Source of the DNA: a virus
Lineage: Duplodnaviria > Caudoviricetes
Virus record (IMG/VR): IMGVR_UViG_3300031519_000053
Span: 1 to 43,373 of that record
Length of the DNA: 43,373 nt
Strand: one strand, 5' to 3'
Shown here: positions 42,853 to 43,373 of the stretch, in pieces
Numbering within the stretch: the stretch's first letter is position 1
Layout of the letters: each line of letters opens with the position of its first letter
The notes under the pieces: model-generated
What the model was told of the DNA's origin: nothing
Database searches by the model: none
Seen by the model: only the letters and a program-made list of their open reading frames with translations
Program-made: the position numbers and the translations under genes

Positions 42853-43373
42853 TCTTCGCTCCTAATCCTACGATAAGCACCCACAGTTTCAGGGAACAGA
42901 TCCGTAGCAATTTCCAAGCAAGCCTCGGCAACCTTTTGGATCTCCCATTGTGCCCCTTCGTGTGTGCGAAGGTCAATGAACTTCAAGAGGTTAGACAGAT
43001 TGACTGTGCCGTAGTATTCAGTGTAGAGGTTCTGTGGTAGTACCCCACGGGCTTGTTCTCGGCAAACGCCTGCTTCGATAAGGTTGTTAAATAACTTCAA
43101 GCTAAGTTTGTGGTGCATTCTCATCAAACAAGATGCTGTAAGCTCAAAGCCTCCGTGCTGTGGAACAATTGGATTAATCAACTCTTCGGCGTTGCTTGCC
43201 TGTCGGTTGCTCTTGTGTTGAGTTCTGAACGCTTCTGGTTCATAGAACTTGATGTTTACATCAGTGTAGCGTCTACTAATTTCGTTATAAGACCAAGTTC
43301 TATGGCGATGGTGCTGAGACCGAACGTAAAGAGGAACACAGAACCTGAAAGTAATGAGATTATGCTCAAGAGT
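42849..43373 (-). CDS. thyX: Flavin-dependent thymidylate synthase (5' part outside the window)
   Basis: The frame extends to the edge: TLEHNLITF...SQHHRHRTWSYNEISRRY...REQARGVLP...LR....AQWEI. Confidence 0.95.
   Translation of the reverse strand, partial: TLEHNLITFRFCVPLYVRSQHHRHRTWSYNEISRRYTDVNIKFYEPEAFRTQHKSNRQASNAEELINPIVPQHGGFELTASCLMRMHHKLSLKLFNNLIEAGVCREQARGVLPQNLYTEYYGTVNLSNLLKFIDLRTHEGAQWEIQKVAEACLEIATDLFPETVGAYRRIRSEE

Noticed and set aside
1-43373. Cellular chromosome origin, or stop-codon reassignment
   Set aside because: Single-strand dense small ORFs, a split groES/groEL and phage-type replication genes point to a phage. Long genes are intact in the standard code and all three stop codons are used.

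Overview
This 43.4-kb window is a segment of a large dsDNA bacteriophage genome (roughly 44% GC by eye). Essentially all credible genes lie on the minus strand; the plus-strand ORFs look like shadows. Reading in the direction of transcription (right to left) there are three parts. (1) A replication and nucleotide module: thyX (partial), 5'-3' exonuclease, DnaB/gp41-type helicase, class II ribonucleotide reductase, DnaE, dUTPase, an N6-adenine MTase and IMPDH/GMPR. (2) A mixed region: dispersed GroEL, GroES, J-domain and ClpP genes, an amidase endolysin, phosphomannomutase and cupin, a 1153-aa multidomain protein, a trypsin-like protease and a Pol-beta nucleotidyltransferase. (3) A left accessory region (~1-12 kb) of small ORFs, Dam, rhodanese, TilS and three tRNAs. 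The most notable unexplained structure is non-coding. A repeated sigma70-type promoter cassette (TTGACT-17-GATAAT) carries extra phased TTGAC boxes and often opens directly on a leaderless ATGATG start. Two near-identical copies also supply the stop codon of the upstream gene, suggesting a gene-shuffling cassette. A duplicated 39-nt pseudoknot-forming element abuts two tRNAs. Other highlights are a minimal TilS beside a tRNA-Ile2(CAU), a double CCHC zinc-knuckle protein missed by the ORF track, several apparently degenerate enzyme homologues, and a candidate late-promoter motif ACTATTTA. All protein calls come from motif recognition by eye; no database searches were run.
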